Position numbers and translations under genes: made by a program | Notes under the pieces: generated by a model | Told to the model about the DNA's origin: nothing | Seen by the model: the letters and a program-made list of their open reading frames with translations, nothing else | Database searches by the model: none | Shown: positions 39,730 through 50,558 of the stretch, piece after piece | Numbering within the stretch: position 1 is the first letter of the stretch | How the letters are laid out: each line of letters opens with the position of its first letter | Assembly (NCBI GenBank): GCA_020536535.1 | Contig: JAHLWZ010000612.1 | Coordinates: 1-50,558, forward strand | Reading direction: 5' to 3' | DNA length: 50,558 nucleotides | Source: Pelomyxa schiedti | Taxonomy: Eukaryota; Protista; Evosea

Positions 39730-42700
39730 ATGGGAGCCAAGTGGCGGCGGGGAACCGGGGGGAAATGCTGTCTTTTTTGTGAATTGTTGTTCAAGTTTGC
39801 CCTGTGTGCGTTTTTGGCAGTGACGGGTCAGTTATTTCCCTTTTTTCCTTTTTCTTTGCTTTTGTTTTCCTTTTTTTTTTTCCCCTGCTTGCTTATTGTT
39901 GATATAGGTGTGAATGGTGGGAAATGGGCAGTGTGCACACTTGAGGGTCTTATTTCCTTGACAAAGAATGCTGTTATGGAGATACAACCGCCTTACATTG
40001 AATTGCAACATGTGCACCCTCCTTTATTCTCACTACTATTTATAAGTTTGGTGATTGTTTTTGACTGTGTTCCACTATCAGCAAATCGAATCTGTTGCAG
40101 CTGCACTTTCATTTCTTGAGGAGCATGCAAATTCTGAGGAAAGATTGCTCTGGAAGAGCTGGTTAGCAGATAAAATGACTATTGTAACAGATGGAGGCAT
40201 GCCTCCTCGAATTGCATATGCACTCTAACTTTTTCCCCAACAGATGTTGCTGGGTGTGCAGTTGATTATGACCCCAACAGATACGTTGAGGTTTCTTTTG
40301 TGAACCCTTTCGTTTGTAGTTTAAAAAAAACCTAGTCAGGGATCAGGAGCTCTGCCCTTGTACCACAGCCAGTCAATCGCTCAGAGCCTTGCCCCTGCAA
40401 TCCCTTTTGGTTGCAGTGGCTCAACTCAAACTATCCTGGTAACAACATCTCCCTCTGCTTTTTCTTATTTGTAACAGACCCGAACACTGGAATGCCATGT
40501 GACACTTACTGCACAGTGAGCAAGCACTTGGCCCTGTCCAGACATATAGCTGCTGTAGCAACAGCAAACACTGAAGAGCTTAAGTACATGCCCAGGATGT
40601 GGGGCTCCAGTACCAATTTCTCAGTTTCGTATGAGTCCACACTAAGTGAAAATGCAGTCACCATGTAACAGATCTGTCCCTTCACCTTGGTCAGTCTGGG
40701 TCGTGCTCTACAACACTACTTCTATGCATGTGACGCACAACCCTGACTTCAAACCCCCCTACATGCACTTGGTGGAACCACAAAATGACCCAGGAAAGAC
40801 TTCAAAATGGTCTGACCCATTTTACCCTCTTTATGGTTTGTGACCCTCCTTTTTTTTCACCCCTTTGTTACCATCCACTCAGATATGCAAATACAAGTGC
40901 TGACACCATTGTACCTCAGTAGTGGTAAGTTTGCATTCGTATTAATGTCGACAATTTCAATGGCGGACACAAGTAAATACATCATGGATAACATCATTTC
41001 CACTCCTAATGGTATGCGGGTAATACTTTCTGTGTTATCTAAAATTACTAGGATTCAATTTATTGCTGTCGAGCACAGGTTGTATTTTGTCAGCAAGCGG
41101 CCTGGGTTATACAACTTTATTTGGGTCATCACTCAATCTTACCGTTAAAAGCCAAGTCTGCCTCTCGAAAGCCACGGATTGGGATTTCACTGAGGTTGCT
41201 TAACTGTCTTTCAACGACTCTAACCACAACAGTTTTTGCTAGGCTTGGGAACCAGTGGCACAGACACAATCATCCACGGCAATGAGACATGGGTGTTCTC
41301 TCGTTACCCCCTTGATTTACTTCCTTGGACCGTTGTTATTGCCGTTCCTGCTAGTGACATCACATCAAGTGGGTTTTTTTTTGAGGTTTTCCATTTTGTT
41401 AATTGTCTTTTTTGAAAGGTGGGGAGTTCTCTGTCTCCCCAGAAGGACTTGTTGCAGAAGTACTTCCAACAGACCTCCATGCATCTTTTATTTTGCATGT
41501 CAACAATACCGGCGTTGTACCACTGATGTTAGAAGCCGTCAACATCTCTTCTTTCCTCTTGTGTGAGTATCGAAATCCCTGTTGAACAGAGTCTAATCGA
41601 TACCACAGACAACCTTACCGGGGTTCTTTACCTAAATGGATCAGAATCGGCAACGATACTGGTTCAATACATCGGTGATGAGCTACCGTTTTCAGGACGA
41701 GTCCAGCTCTACGTCCGAGATGCTGTCACTGAGTTGGGTCTCTGTTTCAATACGGAAATTTCCGTGCCAGTCACCATTTCAAGTGTGTTGAATAACAATG
41801 ATGTTCAAGATTCCTGTATCTCACTCAATATCAACCAAGAGTCACAAATTGCCTTCAAAATTGGAATCAGCATTGGAGCTGTGATTGCTTGCACTCTTAC
41901 TGTTGCTGTTGTAGTTCTGTTACTTGTAATTCGGCATTTCAAAAGAAAGGTTCAATTCTCTCCTATATCATTTAACTCAAAGGCTCAATAGATTTCGATC
42001 TTGTCACAACCACTGTCAACACACTTGATGAAGACACCGGCTGAAGCGGCAATCAAGAAGCTAAAAGGAATGCAGAAAAAGAGAAGTTGTTCCCTTCTCC
42101 CTTTCTTCAAAGAAATAAATGCACCACACTTTTTCCCTGAGTCGCATAGAACCTATTTTTGGCAAAATCCCGAACTCACCTCAAAAATAAATCAGAGCTG
42201 ACGAGAGAGGATTCTCTAGTTTTGGACAAAATCATCCAGTTAATTGCCTGCAACGGCTTGCACAGAGTTGATTTCACGGCGCAGAAGAAAGCTAGACTCA
42301 ATGAATGTGAGTTTTATTTTCCTAGCATAGCCTCTGCTGAGATTTTACAGGCTTGGATGATGAAGTTGATAAATACCTCTTAGAACATATTTCACCTTAT
42401 TCAAATGAAAGCAAGGCGTCGGATGACCAACACTCAGCTGTAATTGTGGAGTACTTTCCCAAAAACCAACTTCTTCAAATAATTCGTCTGACAGACAATG
42501 GAACAACATGCCACTTCCAATGAGCAATCTGGACGACTGGAACTTTTGTGTGTTCAAATACACTCCTGGTAATTTCCAACACTGTTACATTGTACTCACT
42601 GAAATCCCTAGATAAGGTTCTACAGGAAGTTGCACTTCCGATTTTCAAGACCCATGGGCTGCTGGAGAGGTTCCGTATCAACCAAGATTTATTTACAAAT

Positions 42701-44391
42701 TGGTTGGTGGGTATCGCTAAGGGGTTTGTTTTCTTCAAAAATAAATATCCTGTTGAATCCTCAATAGATACCTGAGTAATCCATACCATAACGTAATACA
42801 TGCTGCAGATGTTCTTCAAGCAGTTCATGTTCTGTTATTGAACTTTGCACCCTCGGTTTATGATAAAATTCCAGCCCTCTCTTTATTGGCACTCTTCTTT
42901 GCAGTATCCCTCTCTGAGTTTATTCATTACCTAATGCATTTCTTTATTTTTGCTCTAGGCAGTTATTCACGATTTTGGGCATCCTGGTGTGACGTACGTA
43001 TACAATTCCATTATTATTGACTGACAAACCACAGGAACAACTTTCTTTACCGGATACTTGATCCACTTGCATTGACATATAACGGGATATCGGTGTGGAT
43101 CATTTCCTATGTTGCAATAGCGCTCATTTCGTTACCAAACCAGATTCTAGAAAACATGCACCTGAAGGAAGCCTTCGAATTTACACTTCACAATTGCAAT
43201 TGGTTGTCATTCATGACTCAGGTTTCCTTTTTATGTGACTTTGATATTGTTATCTAAGTTACTTTCAACTGCAGCAAGAATTTTTGGAATTCCACCAAAT
43301 GGTTACAAACATAGTGTTGGCCACAGAGTACCTTATTCTCAAATCGTTTTCTTACTAATTTTTGTGTAGTATGTCCAAGCATGTGGAAGTATTAAGTCAA
43401 TTCAAGTCCAAGTTGACAGTGGATGGATTTGACCTCTCAAAAACAGTTTGTACAATTTTTTCCACGCTCTCCACTTACTTCCTTGCTAGGGAGATGTAAC
43501 ATTGATATTTCAAATGATACTGAAGATGTCAGACATCAACAACCAGACGCGGCCATGGGAAACAGCAAGAACCTGGACCGATCTCATCATGGAGGTGTGC
43601 GCGTGCGTGTGCGCGTGTTTGTGCAATCAAACAAAAAACTGAGCAATCTGCACTCACCTCCAACAATCCCGCAAACACACTATCACTCGCACTCGCACCC
43701 CACGAACCTCGCACTTCACTCAATCGGCTACAATGGGAATTCACGTCCACTGAACCACCCACTCGACAACGAAACAAACAATGCAAAGTTGAATTGGCAA
43801 TCATTCACGCACATATACATTATTTGTACAAACACTGAATTGCAATAGTTCGTCGCATACATACATATTATTATTTACACAAACATGCAGGAATTCTACC
43901 GGCAAGGAGACCAAGAGGCAGAGAAGTCACTTCCCAAGTCACCGTTCATGGATCGTGGCTCGACCAGGGTCCCCACCTGTCAGAGTGCCTTCATCAAGTT
44001 CTTTGTCTCCCCTGTCCTAGACGCCGTCTCCAAGTACATTGACAGCCAGTTCAAGTCCGAACAACCAACACACAAGAAGCCCACAATAACCCCCAATGGC
44101 AGCTCCCTCCTCCAAGTAGTAGTGGACCATGGCCACACCGCCGGGGGGCCATCATCCCCATCATCATCATTTGCCCACCAGCACACATCACACCTACCAC
44201 ACACCACATCATACAAGAAGCACAAACTGTGCACACTGCACGAGAACCTGGCATTCAACCAGAGCCAGTGGGCTCAAATGTCAACCGCAGCTTCCAAGCC
44301 CTCAACACCAGTAAACAACAACAAAAGGGACAGCCGGGCATCATCCAAGCCATCCACACCAATGTCCCACACCAACAACAACCAAACCTGA
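39730..44391 (+). CDS. Receptor-like class I cyclic nucleotide phosphodiesterase, copy 1 (signal peptide, Cache-like ectodomain, TM helix, PDEase)
   Basis: Hydrophobic N-terminus; WSDPFYPLY..TPLYLSSGKFAFVL; PWTVVIAVP; TM IGISIGAVIACTLTVAVVVLLLVIRHFKRK; PDE motifs YHNVIHAADV, HDFGHPG, LENMH, ATDM, KMSDINN, EFYRQGD, CQSAF. Confidence 0.9.
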
Positions 44392-44716
44392 AACCTGCAA
44401 GCCAAACCACAGTGGTGTGCCTAAAGCAAACCTCCTCCACTCCCAGATAGCAGCACACACAACCAGTCACCAATTACAAACACACATACATGCATGGCTC
44501 ACTACCACACTTACACAGGTAGCGAGTCCGTGACTCCATCATCACAATAACAAGAAAAAACATTGTTTGTTTAGTGTTCAACCCAATTGTTGTTAGGAGA
44601 ATTGTTTGATGTGACTTACGTGAACAATCACTAGTGAACGTGGGAGAAAAGGAGCTCGTACATGCGAAACAGCAACATTTTAGAAGTGAAGGTTCTAATA
44701 ATCAGTGCCATCAGCA

Positions 44717-47700
44717 ATGAAATGGGGCGTGACGGTGTGGGTGATTATGGGAGTGGTCATTGCACCAGCATGTGAGTTTGGCAACAACCAACACCACCAA
44801 CATTTTTTTGCTGACCCTTCTGTTCATTTTGATATCTGTCTGTTATAGTAATAGGAGTGAGTGGGGAATGGGCAGTGTGCACACTTGAGGGTCTTATTTC
44901 CTTGACAAAGAATGCTGTTATGGAAATACAACCGCCTTACTTGGAAATGCAACACGTGCGCCTAGAACAGAGTTTACTTTCACTCCTTTTTTTTTCTTTT
45001 TTTTCCTATCACTCTGAAGCTAAAACTCTTATTGACGGTCCTACAGCAAATTGAGACCATCGCGGCTGCTCTTTCGTTTCTTGAGGCTCAAGCTAGTGAT
45101 GATGAAAAGTTGTTGTGGAAAAGCTGGGTGGCTGAGAGAATGACCATTGTCACAGAAGGCGGTTCGTTCTCTCCTTCTTGTCTTCTGTTTGTTTGTTTCC
45201 CTTCGCTACATACCAACACATACCTTCCAGAGGTAGCTGGATGTGCTGTCGATTACCACTCGGACAGAGTAGTGGAGGTTTCCTCTGGATAGTCCGGTTC
45301 ATTTTCATTAACCAACAAACAGTCAGGAATCAGGAGCTCTGCACTTGCACCAAAACCAGTCAATCGATCAGAGCCTTGTCCCTGCAATCCTTTTTGGTTG
45401 CAGTGGCTCAACTCGAATTATCCTGGTGCTCAGTTTCTGAGACAATCCCCTCTCACATTCTGTTAATATTTATAATAGACCCAAACACTGGAATGCCTTG
45501 TGACATATATTGTACGGTGAGCAAGCATCTTGCATTGTCCCGACATCTAGCAGCGGTCGCTGATGCCAACTCCGTGGAACTTAAAAACGCTCCAAGAATG
45601 TTTGGAACTACCTCTAATTATTCACTCTCGTATGACTTTCCAAACTGAATTAGAATTACTTCTGACCCAATTAATTGCAGATCAGTGCCTGTCCCCTGGG
45701 CAAGCTGGATTAGGCTTTACCATACCACAGCAATGACAGTAGCACACGATTCGGACTTCGACCCCCCATACAGGCATTTAGTGGACCCACAAAATGACCC
45801 TAAAAAAGAGGCCAAGTGGTCTGAACCTTATTGGCCTCTTTATGGCATGCATTCAGAACACTGTGTCTCTCTTAACAACTATACAGATATGCAAATACAA
45901 GCACTGGTTCCATTATATCTGAGCGACGGGGATTACATGGGCGCAGTGATGTCTACAATTTCAATGGCCAAGACAAGCAAATATATTATGGAAAAGATCA
46001 TTTCGACTCCTCATGGTTTGGAGATTGGTTCCCATTGTCTTTGCAATGACCACTCAAGGATTCAATTTACTATTGTCGAGTGCTGGATGCATTTTATCAG
46101 CAAGCGATAGGGGTTGGACCAATCTTCTCGGCCATTCATTCAACAGTACAATCAAAAGTGAAGTTTGCATTGCAAATGCCACAAATTGGGACCTTGACGA
46201 GGTTATTGCTTGTAAGTGTTGTAAAGGCTAATCTACTCTTTCTGTTTTCTACCAACAGCTTTTGTCCAATTTGGGAACCAGTGGCACAAACACAATTATT
46301 CACAACAATGAGACATGGGTGTTCTCTCGTTACCCCCTTGACATGCTTCCCTGGACCGTTGTTATTGCCGTTCCTGCCAGTGATATCACGTCAAGTCCGT
46401 TTATCGATACGTCCATTTTCTGCTCACTCTTGTTCAGGTGGTGTATTCTCGGTCATCCCTGATGGTCTGTTTGCAGAAGTTCTGCCAGCAGATCTCCCTA
46501 TAACATTTTTGTTACATGTCAAGAATACTGGTGTTATTCCTGTGCTGTTTGAAGCTGAAAACATTTCCTCTTCCCTCTCCTGTGAGATTCTGCTTAACTT
46601 CACATCAAACTGCTTACAAATAATTCCTAGATAATATCACAGGCACTTTTGCTCTCAATGGATCAGAATCGGCAACGATACTGGTCCAATACATTGGCGA
46701 ACAGCTTCCATTTTCAGGAAGAGTTCAACTTTACGTCCGAGATGCTGTCACTGAGTTGGGACTTTGCTTCAAAACAGAAATATCAGTGCCAGTAACTATT
46801 TCTAGTACGTGATGGTAACCAGTGTGCCGCTTGACAAACTTTTCATAGAATCACAAATTGCCTTGAAAATTGGGATCACCGTTGGTGCCGGTTTGGGTTT
46901 CACGCTCATTGTTGCAATTGTGGTTTTATTAGCTGTTATAAGGCACTTCAAAAGGAAGGTATGCTGGCCTCTTGGCTCAAATTTAGTACCCAATAACAAA
47001 TAGATTTCGATCTTGTCACAACCACTGTCAACACACTTGATGAAGACACCAGCTGAAGCGGCAATCAAGAAGCTAAAAAGAATGCAGAAAAAGAGAAGTT
47101 GGTCCATTTCCTTCCCTTTTTTAATTTCCACTGCTCCTCGTTTGGGGTAATTTTCTCACTTACCAAAAAAATATCTCAGAGCTGACGAGAGAGGATTCTT
47201 TAGTTTTGGACAAAATCATCCAGTTGATTGCTTGTAACGGGTTGCACAGAGTTGATTTCACGGCTCAGAAGAAAGCTGGCCTCACCGAAAGTATGTTAAT
47301 CTATTCAGCGTTTAGTCATCTTCCACCACTATCAAGGTTTGGATGCGGAAGTCGACAAATATTTATTGGAACACATTGCGCCTTATTCAACTGAAACAAA
47401 TTCAGGTGAATCATCTGCTATAGTAGAGTAGTTCTCATTTAAATTGCTCAACCCCTCACACCTTTCAAGGGAATTGAACAATATGCCGCTTCCAATGAGT
47501 ACTCTGGATGACTGGAACTTTTGTGTTTTTAAGTACACTCCTGGTATGCCTTATCCATGTCCGACACTTTGTTTACTCCTATTTTTTCCTCAGATAAAGT
47601 GCTACAGGAAGTAGCATTTCCAATATTCCAGACTCATGGGTTACTAGAGAGGTTCCGCGTGAATCGAGATGTCTTCACCAGTTGGTTAGGGGGGATCTCC

Positions 47701-48864
47701 CAAGGGCAAGTTCTTTCCTCTATGCTCCAAAAGTAACTGAAATGTAGATACCTTAACAACACATATCACAGTGTGGTTCATGCTGCAGATGTTGTTCAGG
47801 CAGTCCACGTTCTCATGTTGAACTTTTCACCTGTTGTTTACGACAAGATTCCGGCACTCTCTTTGTTGGCACTGTTCTTTGCAGTTTGTTATTTATTCTA
47901 CATGTACCTTTTCATCATCCCCGTTTTCCATAGGCCATCATACATGACTTTGGCCACCCGGGTGTCACGTAATCCATGCTTCAACTTGGAGAATTTTAAC
48001 AAAAAACAGAAACAACTTTCTGTACCGGATACTTGATCCTCTTGCCCTTAATTACAATGGAATATCAGTGTGCTATTTCTTTTTCTCCTCTACCTATTAA
48101 TTAACGCAAAGAATTCTGTTGTAAAACTAGATTCTAGAAAACATGCACCTGAAGGAAGCCTTCGAATTCACACTTCACAATTGCAATTGGTTGTCATTCA
48201 TGACTCAGGTTTCCTTTTGATGTCATTTCAGTCTGACCATTTACACACAGCAAGAATTTTTGGATTTCCACAAAATGGTTACAAATATAGTGCTGTCGAC
48301 AGAGTAATACTATCGCTTACACATTTGCACCTAAATAATAATCACAGCATGGCTAAACACATTGAAATACTGAGCCAATTCAAGGCCAAGCTATCTGTGG
48401 ATGGGTTTGATGTCACAAAACCAGTTTGTTGGGAATTCTTTTTGCGTGCAATTAACACCCTCATTCATTAGGCTGACCTCACGTTGATATTTCAAATGAT
48501 ACTGAAGATGTCAGACATCAACAACCAGACGCGGCCATGGGAAACAGCAAGAACCTGGACCGATCTCATCATGGAGGTGTGTCCATTTATATGTAACAAC
48601 ATAAACAAACACGCAGCAACGCCAAACACCCCCGGCAACATTCTCGCACTTCAACCATGTCCATGAAATATACTTCCCAAGCACATCCACTCAACCACCC
48701 ACTTCATTGAACCAAACAATAGCAATCAACCAGTTGCAATCGCTCGCATACATACATATTATTATTTACACAAACATGCAGGAATTCTACCGGCAAGGAG
48801 ACCAAGAGGCAGAGAAGTCACTTCCCAAGTCACCGTTCATGGATCGTGGCTCGACCAGGGTCCC
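44717..48864 (+). CDS. Receptor-like class I phosphodiesterase, copy 2 (3' end lost in gap)
   Basis: Paralogue of copy 1 with the same exon order; WSEPYWPLY, TM IGITVGAGLGFTLIVAIVVLLAVIRHFKRK, YHSVVHAADV, HDFGHPG, EFYRQGD. Confidence 0.88.
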
Positions 48865-48964
48865 NNNNNNNNNNNNNNNNNNNNNNNNNNNNNNNNNNNN
48901 NNNNNNNNNNNNNNNNNNNNNNNNNNNNNNNNNNNNNNNNNNNNNNNNNNNNNNNNNNNNNNNN
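48865..48964. other. Scaffold gap (100 N)
   Basis: Run of N. Confidence 0.99.
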
Positions 48965-50558
48965 ACACCATCGGCCCATCCAATAATAAGTGTGCGCTCA
49001 TCTTCCCAACACAAACAACACCTGAGATGGTTGGGAAATAAAACAGTTACAAGTGAACAACGAACCGATATAAATCTGGGCGAGGTGAACCTGGTTCCCT
49101 CGGAACAGTTCCAATTTGTTGATTTGAGGAGACATCCCAGACACGGATGCCTGTGTCATTTGCCCAAGCAATGAACTGTCTGTGTGTTTTATGTGATTGT
49201 ATACAATAAGCGAAAAGCATACCCCTTCCACTTGATTGTGTGAATTGCACCTTGCCCCTGGTGTATCACAACATCTTTTGCCTTGAACATTCCTTTAAAA
49301 TGTTGAGTGAGACATTGCACTGTATTAAAGGATCTTTCACCTTTTACATTTACCATCAAATGTCCCGATGACCCACCCACACAATACTGGCGGGTATTCT
49401 TTCGAACATAATTTGGGTCTATTGAAACCGCCTTTATTGGCCTATGGTACTCACACATAATAACTTCTTTTGCCATCAGGGCATTAATCACAACTCGGCC
49501 TTGGTGAAGAATGAGTGCAGTAAAACCAGGATATGATAAACAGTACCATCTTCTGAGCAACTTGCAAGGTAGTCACCAGTGCCATCAATACTAATTTCAT
49601 TTACAGTGTAGTCGTGGCTCCTACGAACTATTAGCACTAAAACCTTTAAGAAGAATAGAAAATACTCAAAAGAGATGACTTGATTGCCTTGAAAATCGAG
49701 GATGAAAATCTTTCCTGTGTGTGTTCCCAAGGCCTGCATTTCTTGGTGAATGGAACATGGGAAAAAAGTGAGCACATACGAGAAATTTAGCATGTATGGC
49801 AATACAAGAGGCATTATTACTCCTGAGAATTTCGGGAACATTTCCTCCCTTCAAGAGTAAGGTTTTTCGCCTTCAGCGGCACATACCAATCTTGTGTACT
49901 TGAGCTGTGGCTCAACTTCCTCTTCATCCTCTTCCCCTTCATCATTATAATCGTTGTCCATGGAGTCTGATTCCTGGGGAGGGAAGAATTATTATGAAGA
50001 ATGAGTTTTTCCTAAACATACAGGAAGAAACCCAGTCGTTAGAGCAGAACCGACACTTGGTAAGCCCAGAGACCCTAGGGACGGTGGAGTGGAGGTAGTT
50101 GGTGTTGAAGTAGGAAGAGACGGCCAGAAGGCCGAAATTGCTGGCTGTGCCGCAGTCGGATTTACTGCCGTTTGAGGGGTACTTGTAGTCGCAGTCGCAG
50201 TCACAGGTGCTGGTGTGTACTGTGTCGTTTGTGGTAGCGATTGTACAGCCGGCGAAGGTGAAGGTTTGGAATACGCAGCACCTCCGGGAGTCGTTTGTGT
50301 GGCAGTATATGCCGGTGTGCTGTATTGCACCGGAGCCGGGGCCGGGGTAGGGGCCGGCGTGGCCTGCACTGGCGCGGTCGTGGTCCTCACAGCGGGGCTC
50401 ACGCCGGGCTGCTGAGAGGTCGTGGATGAGAGACCGACAGTAGCGGCTGGTGTGCTGTGGACTGCAGTGGGTGTGTTTGTTGTTTGCTGTGTTTGTGCCG
50501 CCGGCTGCGTGGCCGCTACTACCGGTCTTTGTTGAGGTGTGGAACTACTACCGGTGCT
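48965..50558 (-). CDS. VPS41: VPS41 homologue copy C, N-terminal WD40 region; partial at both ends
   Basis: Near-identical to 29475-31066 (EPQLKYTRL, LGTHTG, LASCSEDG, IIGWADG). Confidence 0.82.

Overview
Gene-dense, intron-rich eukaryotic genomic DNA with short introns (about 40-90 nt), the standard genetic code and three 100-N scaffold gaps. Gene content and the expanded hypothetical families resemble an amoebozoan, probably a Pelomyxa-like archamoeba; this is an unverified inference. The window contains, in order: four copies of a 3-exon family with a SPRY-like C-terminus (family A), two of them paired head-to-head with intronless family B genes; two long GC-rich intergenic hairpins; an SH3-RasGEF; NAE1; TPI; a FAE1/CUT1-type KCS; divergent H2A and H2B genes; polyubiquitin ending in a non-conjugatable unit; three VPS41 copies; a DHHC palmitoyltransferase; an RGS-4xLIM protein; and two tandem genes for receptor-like proteins (signal peptide, Cache-like sensor, TM helix, class I cyclic-nucleotide phosphodiesterase). 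The strongest candidates for novelty are the Cache-TM-PDE receptors, an F-box-like N-terminal motif shared by families A and B, the hairpins, and the acidic-patch-eroded H2A/H2B pair. Exon structures were inferred by eye from splice signals and protein similarity, so boundaries are approximate.
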